This document shows, in pieces, positions 8,152-17,667 of a DNA stretch of 64,000 nucleotides. The DNA is taken from the NCBI GenBank assembly GCA_963835065.1, contig CAWIEK010000048.1:1-64000 (forward strand), read 5' to 3'. The stretch comes from an uncultured Chthonomonadaceae bacterium. GTDB taxonomy: Bacteria > Armatimonadota > Chthonomonadetes > Chthonomonadales > Chthonomonadaceae. The stretch's first letter is position 1. Each line of letters starts with the position of its first letter. The translations under genes were made by a program, and so were the position numbers. Under the pieces are notes generated by a model that saw only the letters and a list, made by a program, of their open reading frames with translations, was not told where the DNA came from and did not search any database.

Positions 8152-11073
8152 ATGCGACTTCAACGACTATTTACTGTTCTTAGGCTGGTTTGCTGCGTAT
8201 CCATTCTCGGTTCGCTTGAACGTACCGCCGGATCACAAGAAAAGCCTGCTGTGCCTTCTCAGGCGCAGATTGAGATTGATCGCTTGCGCCATCACGGGCA
8301 AGAAGCAGCTAATCGAGAACAGTTTCTTCAAGCAGAACAGTTCTACCTTGCCGCGTTAAGAAAAGCTAAAACCATAGGTAATAAGCGCCTCGAATGGCCC
8401 CTGCTTTATCAACTAGGGTATGTCACCTACAAGCAAGACAAATATAGTACGTCAAGTGGCTACTACTCACAGGCATTAACTTCATACGAAAGCCTTCACA
8501 AGATGGGCAAAGAAGCCGCCATCAGATTTGCTTTTTTGCATGAAGGTATGGGTGGCGCTTGTCATGAGTTGGCACGATCTACCAGGGACCAAAAATACTA
8601 TGCGGCTGCCTTGCATCACTTGACGGCAGCTCTAACATTATTTAGAAATTTGAATAACCCTCCCAATAGCGTTGACCGGAAACATATTCTTGATTTGATT
8701 GACCGCCTGGATGACGTTCACTGGAATACGGACAATTATGAGAGAGCGTTGCGCTATTACCTTGCGGTGCTTGAACTGCGTCGAAAATGGGGGACCAATG
8801 CCGATATAGCCCACAGCCTTGAAAGATTGGGTGATGTTTACCTCGTGCTGACGCGCAATGATGAAGCGCTTAAATATTATGACGAGGCTCTTGAAGTATG
8901 GAAGAAAATCCGCAACGCCAGTAGTATCGCCATTTGTTTGAGCGACATAGGGCAGGCCCATCTCAATCTGTTCCAATTCAATGAATCTCTGGACGTTTGC
9001 ACACAGGCGCTTGCTATCTTCCCGGCCTCCGACAAGATCAATATAGCTCTATGCTGCATGAGACGGAGCGGAGCCTACGTAGGAGTTCATAAATATAATG
9101 ATGCCGCAGAGGATTGTCAGCACGCAATAAAACTCTACCAGCAAGCAAACGACCTTAAAGGTGTTGCGAACGGCCTCCTCATCCTGAGTCTCCTTTCGTC
9201 GTCTACCAACGTTAGCCATATCCCTGGCATAACTTTGTCGGGAACGCTAGGGAAAGGTCAAGCGCCTACCGATACGATGTCTATAGCGTTGAGCCTGCTG
9301 GCTCAGGGAAGCGCAGACCTTTCCCGAGGCAAAGCGCCATCCGCGTCCGTCAAGCTACAGCGCGCGCAGTCTTTGTTTGTCAAACTTCACACTCCACAGT
9401 ATCTTACCGCGTGTTCCAACCTCCTGGCCGAAGCCTACGTGCAACAGGGCCTGCTCGACAAAGCGCAGGCAGAGTACCAGACCGCTATCACTCATTATGA
9501 AGATTTGAGCGAACAGGTTGGCGATCCCGGCCAATTGGGATTGCTACAGGCAAGTGGGCCTAATCTATATGCTCATTACGCCCGACTGCTGGTACAGCAA
9601 AAGCAAGCCGTTCGCGCGCTGCTTATTGCCGAACGAGGACGAGCCCAGGGATTGGCTCGCCAGGCCGCGCAAAACCAGGTAACATATAATCTTTCCGTTC
9701 TTTCAAACGCCGAAACCGTAGAACTCAGACGGCGTAATGAAGCTTTGCGAAGCGCGGCCTGGGATTATTTCGTTCGTCATCTTGCCCACGCTCAGGCGCG
9801 TTTCGAGAAGGCGAAACTACAGCGCGACCTGCTGAATACAGTCCTCTACAAACGCCATCCCGCGTACAAACGACTTCGCGGAGCCGAACCACTGACATTT
9901 GCCCGACTGCAAACATTGGCGCGGCAAAATCCAGATACACTGTATCTGGAATGGGCAATCGTGGATGATAAGACAAGCTTGCTGTTTGCCCTCTCGCATC
10001 GGCATGGCCTTCAAGCGTTTTCTCTGCCGTATGGGAGCAAGACGCTGTTCGATTTGACGCACCGGTGGCGTGTTTCCCTGAATGCCACCGGACAGCTTAA
10101 TGACCGGCACACGCCTTTTGAGCAACATGACATTTTGTGGAAGGCTCAAGAAGCGGAACCGCATATTGCGACGGAACTCTACACCCTGCTGTTTTCACGT
10201 CCCGAACACGCCGGCATGTTTACCAATGTGCGCCGTCTCGTCTTTGTGGCGGATGGACCGCTGCTGAACGCGCCGTTTGCGGCTCTGCGCGATGCGCGCG
10301 GCAAACGCCTGGTAGAACGCTACGCGCTCGCGTCTGCCATTTCCCTGGGAACGCTCTTGTGGCCGCCCAATCCGCGCCAGCCGGAAAAAACACTGCTTTC
10401 TCTGGCCGATCCTACCGGTGACACGGCACAGGGGATTTCTGCGTTCACAGCAGGCGACACATCCGGCGTTTCTCCGACTTACGGCCCGTTGCCTTCTGCG
10501 CGACAATATGGGACACAAATTGCCGCTTCTGTTCCCGGCGCGCTCCTGTACTTGGGTCGGAAAGCGCAAAAGGCGGTCATCTTATCGCAGCTTCCCCATT
10601 ACGCTGTTCTCTTGTTCGCCACGCATGGCGCGTTGAACGCCAACAATGGGCTTCGCTCCGCCCTTATTCTCGCTTCTGCCGGGTCAAGCAAGCAGCCTCA
10701 TGACACTTTGGAAGCGCGCGAGATCATCGGACAGCAACTGTCCGCGCGCCTGGCAATCCTTGCCGCCTGCCAGTCGGGACTTGGGCAGGAGAGTGGCGGG
10801 GAAGGCTTGCTCGGCCTGGCGTGGGCATTCCGCGCCGCCGGGTGTTCCTGCGTCACTGCAAGCCAGTGGAGCGTGGACGATGAAGCGACGGGAATTTTAA
10901 TGCAGCGTTTTTGGGACGGCCTCAAAGCGCACAAACGCAAAGACGATGCTTTGCGAGAGGCGATGTTACAAGTTCAGCATAATCCTGACTATGCCCGCGC
11001 TTACTATTGGGCTGCTTTTCAGATAATTGGCGATACCAACCCGATTTCAACTGGCACGATCTCAGCGCGTTAA
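8152..11073 (+). CDS. TPR-CHAT caspase-like protease with a predicted signal peptide
   Basis: TPR repeats, then CHAT motifs VADGPL..APFAAL, FATHG (catalytic His), LAACQSG (catalytic Cys), SQWSVDD and YYWAAF. Confidence 0.92.
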   Translation: MRLQRLFTVLRLVCCVSILGSLERTAGSQEKPAVPSQAQIEIDRLRHHGQEAANREQFLQAEQFYLAALRKAKTIGNKRLEWPLLYQLGYVTYKQDKYSTSSGYYSQALTSYESLHKMGKEAAIRFAFLHEGMGGACHELARSTRDQKYYAAALHHLTAALTLFRNLNNPPNSVDRKHILDLIDRLDDVHWNTDNYERALRYYLAVLELRRKWGTNADIAHSLERLGDVYLVLTRNDEALKYYDEALEVWKKIRNASSIAICLSDIGQAHLNLFQFNESLDVCTQALAIFPASDKINIALCCMRRSGAYVGVHKYNDAAEDCQHAIKLYQQANDLKGVANGLLILSLLSSSTNVSHIPGITLSGTLGKGQAPTDTMSIALSLLAQGSADLSRGKAPSASVKLQRAQSLFVKLHTPQYLTACSNLLAEAYVQQGLLDKAQAEYQTAITHYEDLSEQVGDPGQLGLLQASGPNLYAHYARLLVQQKQAVRALLIAERGRAQGLARQAAQNQVTYNLSVLSNAETVELRRRNEALRSAAWDYFVRHLAHAQARFEKAKLQRDLLNTVLYKRHPAYKRLRGAEPLTFARLQTLARQNPDTLYLEWAIVDDKTSLLFALSHRHGLQAFSLPYGSKTLFDLTHRWRVSLNATGQLNDRHTPFEQHDILWKAQEAEPHIATELYTLLFSRPEHAGMFTNVRRLVFVADGPLLNAPFAALRDARGKRLVERYALASAISLGTLLWPPNPRQPEKTLLSLADPTGDTAQGISAFTAGDTSGVSPTYGPLPSARQYGTQIAASVPGALLYLGRKAQKAVILSQLPHYAVLLFATHGALNANNGLRSALILASAGSSKQPHDTLEAREIIGQQLSARLAILAACQSGLGQESGGEGLLGLAWAFRAAGCSCVTASQWSVDDEATGILMQRFWDGLKAHKRKDDALREAMLQVQHNPDYARAYYWAAFQIIGDTNPISTGTISAR

Positions 11074-11420
11074 AGCGTTTGCTCAAGACGTCACAAATTT
11101 CGTTTCACTTGTTCTCGCAGCGTTGGAGTAAAGCCGCCGCAAGATGCGGGAAAGGGTGAAGAAAAGGAGGTTACGTCAATGAGGCTCGCGGCGCAAAGAG
11201 ATACAAGCAACAGTGGCAAAAACAACAGCAAAACCCTGTGACAGAACGCGATTTTTGTAACAAAGGAAGCGCCTGCTTGTCACAATGCGTAATGCCGACA
11301 ACAACATCGCGGCCTGCTTTTTATTGTCACATCATTTTCCGGCTATTTTACGCCAACTTCCTGCTGTTTGTTGCCGGGCTTTCCACGCTTCGCCCGCTTT
11401 CCGCTGTTGGGGACTATGCA

Positions 11421-14099
11421 ATGTCGCGCTCCTTACGCTTGCTTTCTGTTGTCATGGGGTCGGGTATCGCTTCCATTTTGCTGGCGGGCGTTTGCCCGTC
11501 TGTCGCCGCGCCGCACCCGCCCGAACTGCTTCCAAACACGCTTCCGGCAAAGCGCCGATGCCAACGAAGCCCGCGCTTGATCTCGCCTCGGTTCCCGTCG
11601 CGCTGGTCGTGGAACCGTCCTGTAATTCAGTTGATTGGGCCGCGTTCGCAGGCGCATGTTCTCGTTTCCGCGCGGTTTGCCGACGGCAGCCTGCGCGATG
11701 TCACCGACAAAGCCACGTTCACGCCCAAAAACGCCGCCCTTCTCGCGCTGGAAGCCGATGGTTCGCTGCATCCGCGCAAGGATGGCGACACGCTTCTGGC
11801 CTGCGCGTATGGCGGCAAAACGGCGAGCGTCAAGGTGAGCGTGAAAGACGCGCAAAAAGCCATTCCTGTCAGCTTTACCAACGAAGTTATTCCCCTGTTC
11901 ACGCGCCTGGGCTGCAATCAGGGCGCGTGTCACGGGGCGCAGTACGGCAAGGGCGGCTACAAATTGTCGCTGGCCGGCTTCGACCCCGATCTGGATTACG
12001 CCAACACCGTCAAGCAGGCCAAAGGGCGGCGAGTTTCCGCTGTTGACGCCGGACGCAGCCTGCTGCTTGCCAAGCCCCTGATGAACGTGCCGCACGGCGG
12101 CGGGCGGCGCCTGGAGCGCGACACGCCCGCGTATGCCACCCTGCTGCAATGGCTGCGCGACGGCGCTCCCGGCCCTAATCCCAACGATCCCGCCGTCACT
12201 AAAATTGACGTGTACCCCGCCGAGCGCGTCCTGCAAAAACAAAACGGTTCCCTGCATCTGGTTGTCCGCGCCACGTATGCCAACGGCGCGACCCGCGATG
12301 TAACCGCTACCACGCGCCTTAACACCCTCAACGACGGCATTGCCGCCTGCACCCCTGACGGCCTGATAACCCCCGTCGGCAAAGGCCAAACCGCCATCAT
12401 GGCCCGCTACAGCGGCCAGGCGGCGGTGGCGACGGTGCTTGTGCCGTTCCAATCAGGGAACAGGGAACAGGGAACAGGGAACAGAAAAGGAGAAAAGGAG
12501 AAGAGGAGAAGAGGAGAAGAGGAGAACATAACTCTCAACCCTCAAACCGGGCGTCCACCCGCAGGGAAGGACACAACCCTCAACCCTTCCGCCACTATTG
12601 ACTCCTTTGTTCTGCGCAAGCAGCGGCAGTTGGGGCTTGTGGCGTCGCCGGTTTGCGATGACCGGACGTTTATTCGGCGCGTGTCGCTGGATTTGATCGG
12701 CACGATGCCGACGCCGGATGAAATCAATGCGTTTGTGGCGGACAAGCGTTCCGATAAACGCGCCCTTTGGATCGAAACCCTGCTTTCGCGCCCGGAATAC
12801 GCCGATTATTGGACGCTGAAATGGGGCGACCTGCTGCGCAGTAACCGGCAGACGCTTGGCGCGAAAGGCATGTGGAGTTTCACCAACTGGATACGGACGC
12901 AATTGCAGCAGAACCGCCCCGTAGACCAGTTTGTCAACGACCTGATTATGGCGCAGGGCAGCACGTTCACGAACGGCCCGGCCAACTATTACCGCGTGGT
13001 CAGCGACCCCAAAGATTTGGCGGAAACCACCAGTCAGGTGTTTTTGGGCGTTCGGATGCAGTGCGCCAAATGCCACAACCATCCGTTTGAAAAGTGGACG
13101 CAGGCGGATTATTACCAGTTTGCCGCGTTTTTTGCCCGCGTCGGCATTAAAGGCAGCCAGGAATTCGGGCTGTTCGGCAACGAGCAGATCGTCCGTATCA
13201 ACGACGGCGGCGAAGTTTACCATCCCAAAACCAGCGCGAAGATGCGCCCGACCCCGCTTGGCGTACAACTGGTTTCTCTGCCGGGTAAGACGGACGCGCC
13301 ACCTGCCGACCCGGACGCGAACGGCGACCGCCGCCGCGCGCTTGCCGATTGGCTCACGGCTCCGACTAATCGCCTGTTTGCCCGCAACATCGCCAACCGC
13401 TACTGGGGCTATATGTTCGGCAAGGGGCTGGTCAATCCCATTGACGATATGCGCGTGACCAACCCGCCGACAAACCCGCAATTGCTCGACTTTCTGGCGG
13501 ATGAACTGACTCGCAGCCACTATGATTTGAAGCATCTGCTGACGATTATCTGCAATTCACAGGCGTATCAGCGCAGCAGCGAAGCGACGGGCGACAGTTT
13601 GAAGGACGAACTGTTCTTCACGCACTACATGCCCAAACGTCTGGGAGCCGAAACCCTGCTGGACGCCATTGATTTCGCCTGCGGCACACAGGAAAAGTTC
13701 AACCAACTGCCGCCCGGAACCCGCGCCATCCAACTGCCCGATCCCAACGTCGGCTCCGACTTTCTGGACACGTTCGGGCGTCCCCTGCGCATCATCTCCT
13801 GCGAATGCGAACGGACGGTGGAGCCGAACTTGTCGCAAACCCTGCGCCTGATGAACGGCGAACTGGTCAACCGCAAAATCGGGCAAAGCGAAGGCCGTAT
13901 CTTCAAAATGGTGACGGCCAAAAAGTCCAATGACGCCATTCTCAACGACATTTATATGGCTGCGCTCGGACGCCCGCCCCGCCGAGAAGAGCGTTTGCAG
14001 GTAATGGGCGCACTGGCCTTCGCGCCCGACCGCAAGCCCGTGTTCGAGGACGTGCTGCTCACCCTGCTCAACAGCAAAGAGTTCCTGTTCAACCATTAA
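11421..14099 (+). CDS. DUF1549/DUF1553 domain protein with Ig-like (Big_2) domains
   Basis: SFTNEVIP..GCNQGACHG, FIRRVSLDLIG, QCAKCHNHPFEKW, NRYWGYMFGKGLV and CECER. A short compensated frameshift is likely near 11550-11620. Confidence 0.9.
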   Translation: MSRSLRLLSVVMGSGIASILLAGVCPSVAAPHPPELLPNTLPAKRRCQRSPRLISPRFPSRWSWNRPVIQLIGPRSQAHVLVSARFADGSLRDVTDKATFTPKNAALLALEADGSLHPRKDGDTLLACAYGGKTASVKVSVKDAQKAIPVSFTNEVIPLFTRLGCNQGACHGAQYGKGGYKLSLAGFDPDLDYANTVKQAKGRRVSAVDAGRSLLLAKPLMNVPHGGGRRLERDTPAYATLLQWLRDGAPGPNPNDPAVTKIDVYPAERVLQKQNGSLHLVVRATYANGATRDVTATTRLNTLNDGIAACTPDGLITPVGKGQTAIMARYSGQAAVATVLVPFQSGNREQGTGNRKGEKEKRRRGEEENITLNPQTGRPPAGKDTTLNPSATIDSFVLRKQRQLGLVASPVCDDRTFIRRVSLDLIGTMPTPDEINAFVADKRSDKRALWIETLLSRPEYADYWTLKWGDLLRSNRQTLGAKGMWSFTNWIRTQLQQNRPVDQFVNDLIMAQGSTFTNGPANYYRVVSDPKDLAETTSQVFLGVRMQCAKCHNHPFEKWTQADYYQFAAFFARVGIKGSQEFGLFGNEQIVRINDGGEVYHPKTSAKMRPTPLGVQLVSLPGKTDAPPADPDANGDRRRALADWLTAPTNRLFARNIANRYWGYMFGKGLVNPIDDMRVTNPPTNPQLLDFLADELTRSHYDLKHLLTIICNSQAYQRSSEATGDSLKDELFFTHYMPKRLGAETLLDAIDFACGTQEKFNQLPPGTRAIQLPDPNVGSDFLDTFGRPLRIISCECERTVEPNLSQTLRLMNGELVNRKIGQSEGRIFKMVTAKKSNDAILNDIYMAALGRPPRREERLQVMGALAFAPDRKPVFEDVLLTLLNSKEFLFNH

Positions 14100-14101
14100 A
14101 C

Positions 14102-14172
14102 AGTTGATAGTTCGTAGTTGATAGTTGATAGGGGTGCAGGCGCTATCAACTATGATCTATCAACTATCAACT
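14102..14172. repeat. Heptamer-repeat palindrome (GTTGATA)n...(TATCAAC)n
   Basis: Directly visible inverted tandem heptamers after the DUF1549 stop codon. Confidence 0.9.
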
Positions 14173-14204
14173 CTTGCAAGCCGTAAACCAGGCGCAGGAT
14201 TTGT

Positions 14205-15056
14205 ATGTCCAAACCCTTTGACGCGACACTGAAAACGCTGGTGCAAAACCATCCCGAAGACTGGCTGGCGCAGGCAGGCTTGCCGTTCGAGGGGCAGATT
14301 GATGTGATTGACGCCGACCTTTCCACGGTAACAACGGCGGCAGACAAGATCATCCGCGTTCATGCGCCCCGGCCGTGCCTGCTGCATGTGGAACTGCAGG
14401 CCGATGAAGACGAACATCTGGATACGCGCGTTTTGAAGTACAATGTACTTCAGTTCGTCCAGCACAATCTGTCCGTTCACAGCCTTGTGGTCTTGTTGCG
14501 CTCCGCTGCGGACGATCCAAAATTAACCGGAACCCTGCGCTGTCCCTCGCCACTCGGCGGCGATACGCTGGTATTCCACTATCAGGTTATTCGCGTGTGG
14601 CTGGAGCCACCCGGAACGTTTCTCAATGGCGGATTGGGATTGTTACCGTTGGCAACTGTCAGCAACGTCACCAAAGAAGAATTGTCGGGCGTTATCCGGC
14701 AGATGAGTGACCGGCTACAGCAGGAAGCCGACCCGGAAGAAGCCAAAACAATCTGGACTTCCGCTTACATCCTTGCCGGACTGCGCTATTCTTCAAAGAC
14801 CGTTCAACAACTGTTCCAAGGAGTGATTAGTATGAGAGAATCATCTACCTATCAAGCCATTTTGAAAGAAGGACGCGACGAAGGGCATGTAGAAGGCATC
14901 AAGCATACATTGATGGTCTTAGGGGAGAAACGATTCGGAAAGCCAACAACAAAAACACGACGCGCGTTTCAGGCTATTGTAGACGCAACACGACTGGATT
15001 ATTTAACAGACCGCGTACTCGACGTGAACACTTGGGATGAACTGTTGGCGTCGTGA
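14205..15056 (+). CDS. Rpn family (PD-(D/E)xK nuclease/putative transposase) protein with DUF4351-like C-terminus, copy 1
   Basis: MSKPFDATLK...AADK...HVELQ...MRESSTYQAILKEG...LGEKRFG. Confidence 0.85.
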   Translation: MSKPFDATLKTLVQNHPEDWLAQAGLPFEGQIDVIDADLSTVTTAADKIIRVHAPRPCLLHVELQADEDEHLDTRVLKYNVLQFVQHNLSVHSLVVLLRSAADDPKLTGTLRCPSPLGGDTLVFHYQVIRVWLEPPGTFLNGGLGLLPLATVSNVTKEELSGVIRQMSDRLQQEADPEEAKTIWTSAYILAGLRYSSKTVQQLFQGVISMRESSTYQAILKEGRDEGHVEGIKHTLMVLGEKRFGKPTTKTRRAFQAIVDATRLDYLTDRVLDVNTWDELLAS

Positions 15057-15151
15057 GAGCAAGAAGTTCCTGTTTAACCCGTAACGCCTGAGTATCGCTT
15101 TTACAGCCATAATGGCTCAATACCAATCTGGTGAAGGCGAGGCAAACCTGT

Positions 15152-16027
15152 ATGTCCAAACCATTCGACGCCACGCTGAAAACGCTTGTGGAAAAGTACC
15201 CGTTGGCTTGGCTGGCGCAGGCCGGTATTCCCATCATGGGCAGCGTGGAAGTGATCGAAACCGATTTATCGACGGTCACGGCGGCAGCGGATAAGGTACT
15301 GCTTATTCGGCATCCGAAACCGCTTTTGATCCACATCGAACTCCAATCCGGTTATGATGCAAACCTGTACCGACGCCTGTTGCTGTATAATGTGTTGCTG
15401 TATTACCGCTATGGTATTCCGGTACATACCATTCTTGTGCTGTTGCGCCCGGAAGCGCAAACGTCCAATTTGACAGGGCGCGTCGAATATGCTTCTCCGT
15501 TTGGAACCAGCGCATTGGCGTTTAGCTACCAACTTATTTCTATATGGGAGCAGCCGGCAGACACGTTTTTGAACGGCGGATTGGGTGTGCTGCCGCTTGC
15601 GTCTGTCAGCAGCGTTTCACAAGAGGAGTTGCCGGACATCCTTCGGCAGATCAGTAACAGGCTGGACCGGGAGGCCGAACCTGCCGAAGCGGAAATTCTG
15701 TGGACAGCGACGTATATTCTGGCGGGCTTACGCTACTCACCGGCGTTGGTTACGGAATTGTTCGAGGGAGTTAGAAACATGAAAGAGTCCTCCACTTATC
15801 AGGCTATTCTGGATGAAGGGCGCGTAGAAGGCCGTATGGAAGGCCGCGCGGAAGGCCGCGCGGAAGAAATCAAGCGCATGTTGCTGTTGTTAGGCGAGAA
15901 ACGATTCGGCAAGCCAACCCTGCGTATGCGCAAAAAAATAGAAACAATGACCAGTGTGGACACGCTGGAGCAACTTAGCCTGCGCTTGCTGGACGCGACA
16001 AATTGGAAAGACTTGCTGGCATCGTGA
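15152..16027 (+). CDS. Rpn family protein with DUF4351-like C-terminus, copy 2
   Basis: Tandem paralog of the previous gene, with HIELQ, MKESSTYQAIL and (EGRx)4 repeats. Confidence 0.85.
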   Translation: MSKPFDATLKTLVEKYPLAWLAQAGIPIMGSVEVIETDLSTVTAAADKVLLIRHPKPLLIHIELQSGYDANLYRRLLLYNVLLYYRYGIPVHTILVLLRPEAQTSNLTGRVEYASPFGTSALAFSYQLISIWEQPADTFLNGGLGVLPLASVSSVSQEELPDILRQISNRLDREAEPAEAEILWTATYILAGLRYSPALVTELFEGVRNMKESSTYQAILDEGRVEGRMEGRAEGRAEEIKRMLLLLGEKRFGKPTLRMRKKIETMTSVDTLEQLSLRLLDATNWKDLLAS

Positions 16028-16063
16028 AAACGCAGTCTAAACGCCTAATGTGAGGAGAAGAAA

Positions 16064-17389
16064 ATGCTGGACATTGAAATCGGGGCGAAACGGGATTGCG
16101 AGGGCTACACGCGCCGGGACGTGCTGCGCATCGGCGGCTTAACGGCTTTCGGCCTGACCCTGCCCAACCTGCTGCAAGCCCAAACCGCCAATCCGCAATC
16201 GAAAATCGGCAATCGAAAATCCGATATGTCGTGCATCCTGCTGTGGATGGGCGGCGGGCCGAGCCATATTGACACGTTCGATCCCAAGCCCGACGCGCCG
16301 CAGGAGATACGCGGCTCGTTCGGCGTGGTGGAAACCAATGTCAAGGGCGTCCGCATCAGCGACCAGTTGCCCAAGCTGGCGAAGCAGATGGACAAGTTCA
16401 GCATTTTGCGCTCCGTCACCTCGCCCGACGGTACGCACGAAACCGCCACGCACTACCTGTTGACCGGCTACCCGTTCGCGCCCGCAACCGAATACCCCGG
16501 CTATGGCGCGGTTGTCGCCCGCGAAAAGGGTTTCCAGAACGGGATGCCGCCGTATGCCATGTTCGGCGGGATGCCCAACAATCACGGCGGCGGCGGTTAC
16601 ATGGGCGCGACCTACAACCCGTTCATCATCGGCGGCGACCCGAACAACCCCGCCTTTCGCGTGGAAGACGTGGCTCCGCCGAATGGCGTGGATGTGGCCC
16701 GCATGGATCGGCGGCGGATGCTGCGCGGCGCGTTGGATGATTTTCAGCGCGACAAGGAAACTGCCAGCAAAAGCGCGCAGACAATGGACGAGTTTTATCA
16801 GCGCGCGTATACCCTCGTCACGTCCCCCGTCGCCAAAAAAGCCTTCAATCTCAAGGAAGAACCCGACAAACTGCGCGACGAGTACGGGCGCACGTATTTC
16901 GGGCAATCGTGCCTGCTTGCGCGGCGCATGGTGGAAGCGGGCGTTCGCGTCGTGTCCATCAATTACAACGGCTGGGACACCCACGAAAACAACTTCAACG
17001 CCCTCAAAAACAATCTGCTGCCGCCGCTGGATAAGGGCTACGCCGCCCTGCTCAACGACCTGCATCAGCGCGGGATGCTCGATACGACATTGGTTGTCTG
17101 GATGGGCGAGTTTGGCCGGACACCTCGCGTCAACTCTTCCGCAGGCCGCGACCACTGGCCCGGCGCGATCAGCGTGTGCATGGGCGGAGGGGGCGTGAAA
17201 ACCGGCGTGGTTGTCGGCAGTTCCAACGAGCGCGGCGAGTATCCGAAAGACCGCCCGCTGCGCGTGGAAGACGTTGCCGCCACCATTTACAAGGCGATGG
17301 GCGTCAACTACGAGAAAGAATATATGTCGCCGCAGGAACGCCCGCTCAAAATCAACTACGACGGTACGCCTATCAGCGAATTGATTTGA
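16064..17389 (+). CDS. DUF1501 domain protein (Tat-exported)
   Basis: TRRDVL Tat motif, LWMGGGPSHIDTFDPKP, LLARRMVEAGV, GWDTH, GEFGRTP and GRDHW. Confidence 0.95.
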   Translation: MLDIEIGAKRDCEGYTRRDVLRIGGLTAFGLTLPNLLQAQTANPQSKIGNRKSDMSCILLWMGGGPSHIDTFDPKPDAPQEIRGSFGVVETNVKGVRISDQLPKLAKQMDKFSILRSVTSPDGTHETATHYLLTGYPFAPATEYPGYGAVVAREKGFQNGMPPYAMFGGMPNNHGGGGYMGATYNPFIIGGDPNNPAFRVEDVAPPNGVDVARMDRRRMLRGALDDFQRDKETASKSAQTMDEFYQRAYTLVTSPVAKKAFNLKEEPDKLRDEYGRTYFGQSCLLARRMVEAGVRVVSINYNGWDTHENNFNALKNNLLPPLDKGYAALLNDLHQRGMLDTTLVVWMGEFGRTPRVNSSAGRDHWPGAISVCMGGGGVKTGVVVGSSNERGEYPKDRPLRVEDVAATIYKAMGVNYEKEYMSPQERPLKINYDGTPISELI

Positions 17390-17406
17390 TAGACTGCGAG
17401 AAAATT

Positions 17407-17667
17407 TTGCACCACAGAGACACAGAGACACAGAGGTTTCACAGAGAAAAATTCAAAGAGAAAAGAAGAGAATGAAGAGAGATATGTTGGAAGCAAGTGA
17501 GCAAATCCGGTTAGGCGCAGGGGAAAACAGCGTTGTTGATGAACAGGTGAATCATGCTGTTACTTCAACGGCAAGATGGTCGCGCATAGTTAGCCCACCT
17601 CTCTCGTTCTCCCGTTTTTCATCATCCCTCTGTGAAACCTCTGTGTCTCTGTGTCTCTGTGGTGCAA
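17407..17667. repeat. MITE-like palindrome with perfect 40-bp arms built from CACAGAGA octamers
   Basis: 17407-17446 is the exact reverse complement of 17628-17667. A related element lies at 60755-60923. Confidence 0.9.
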
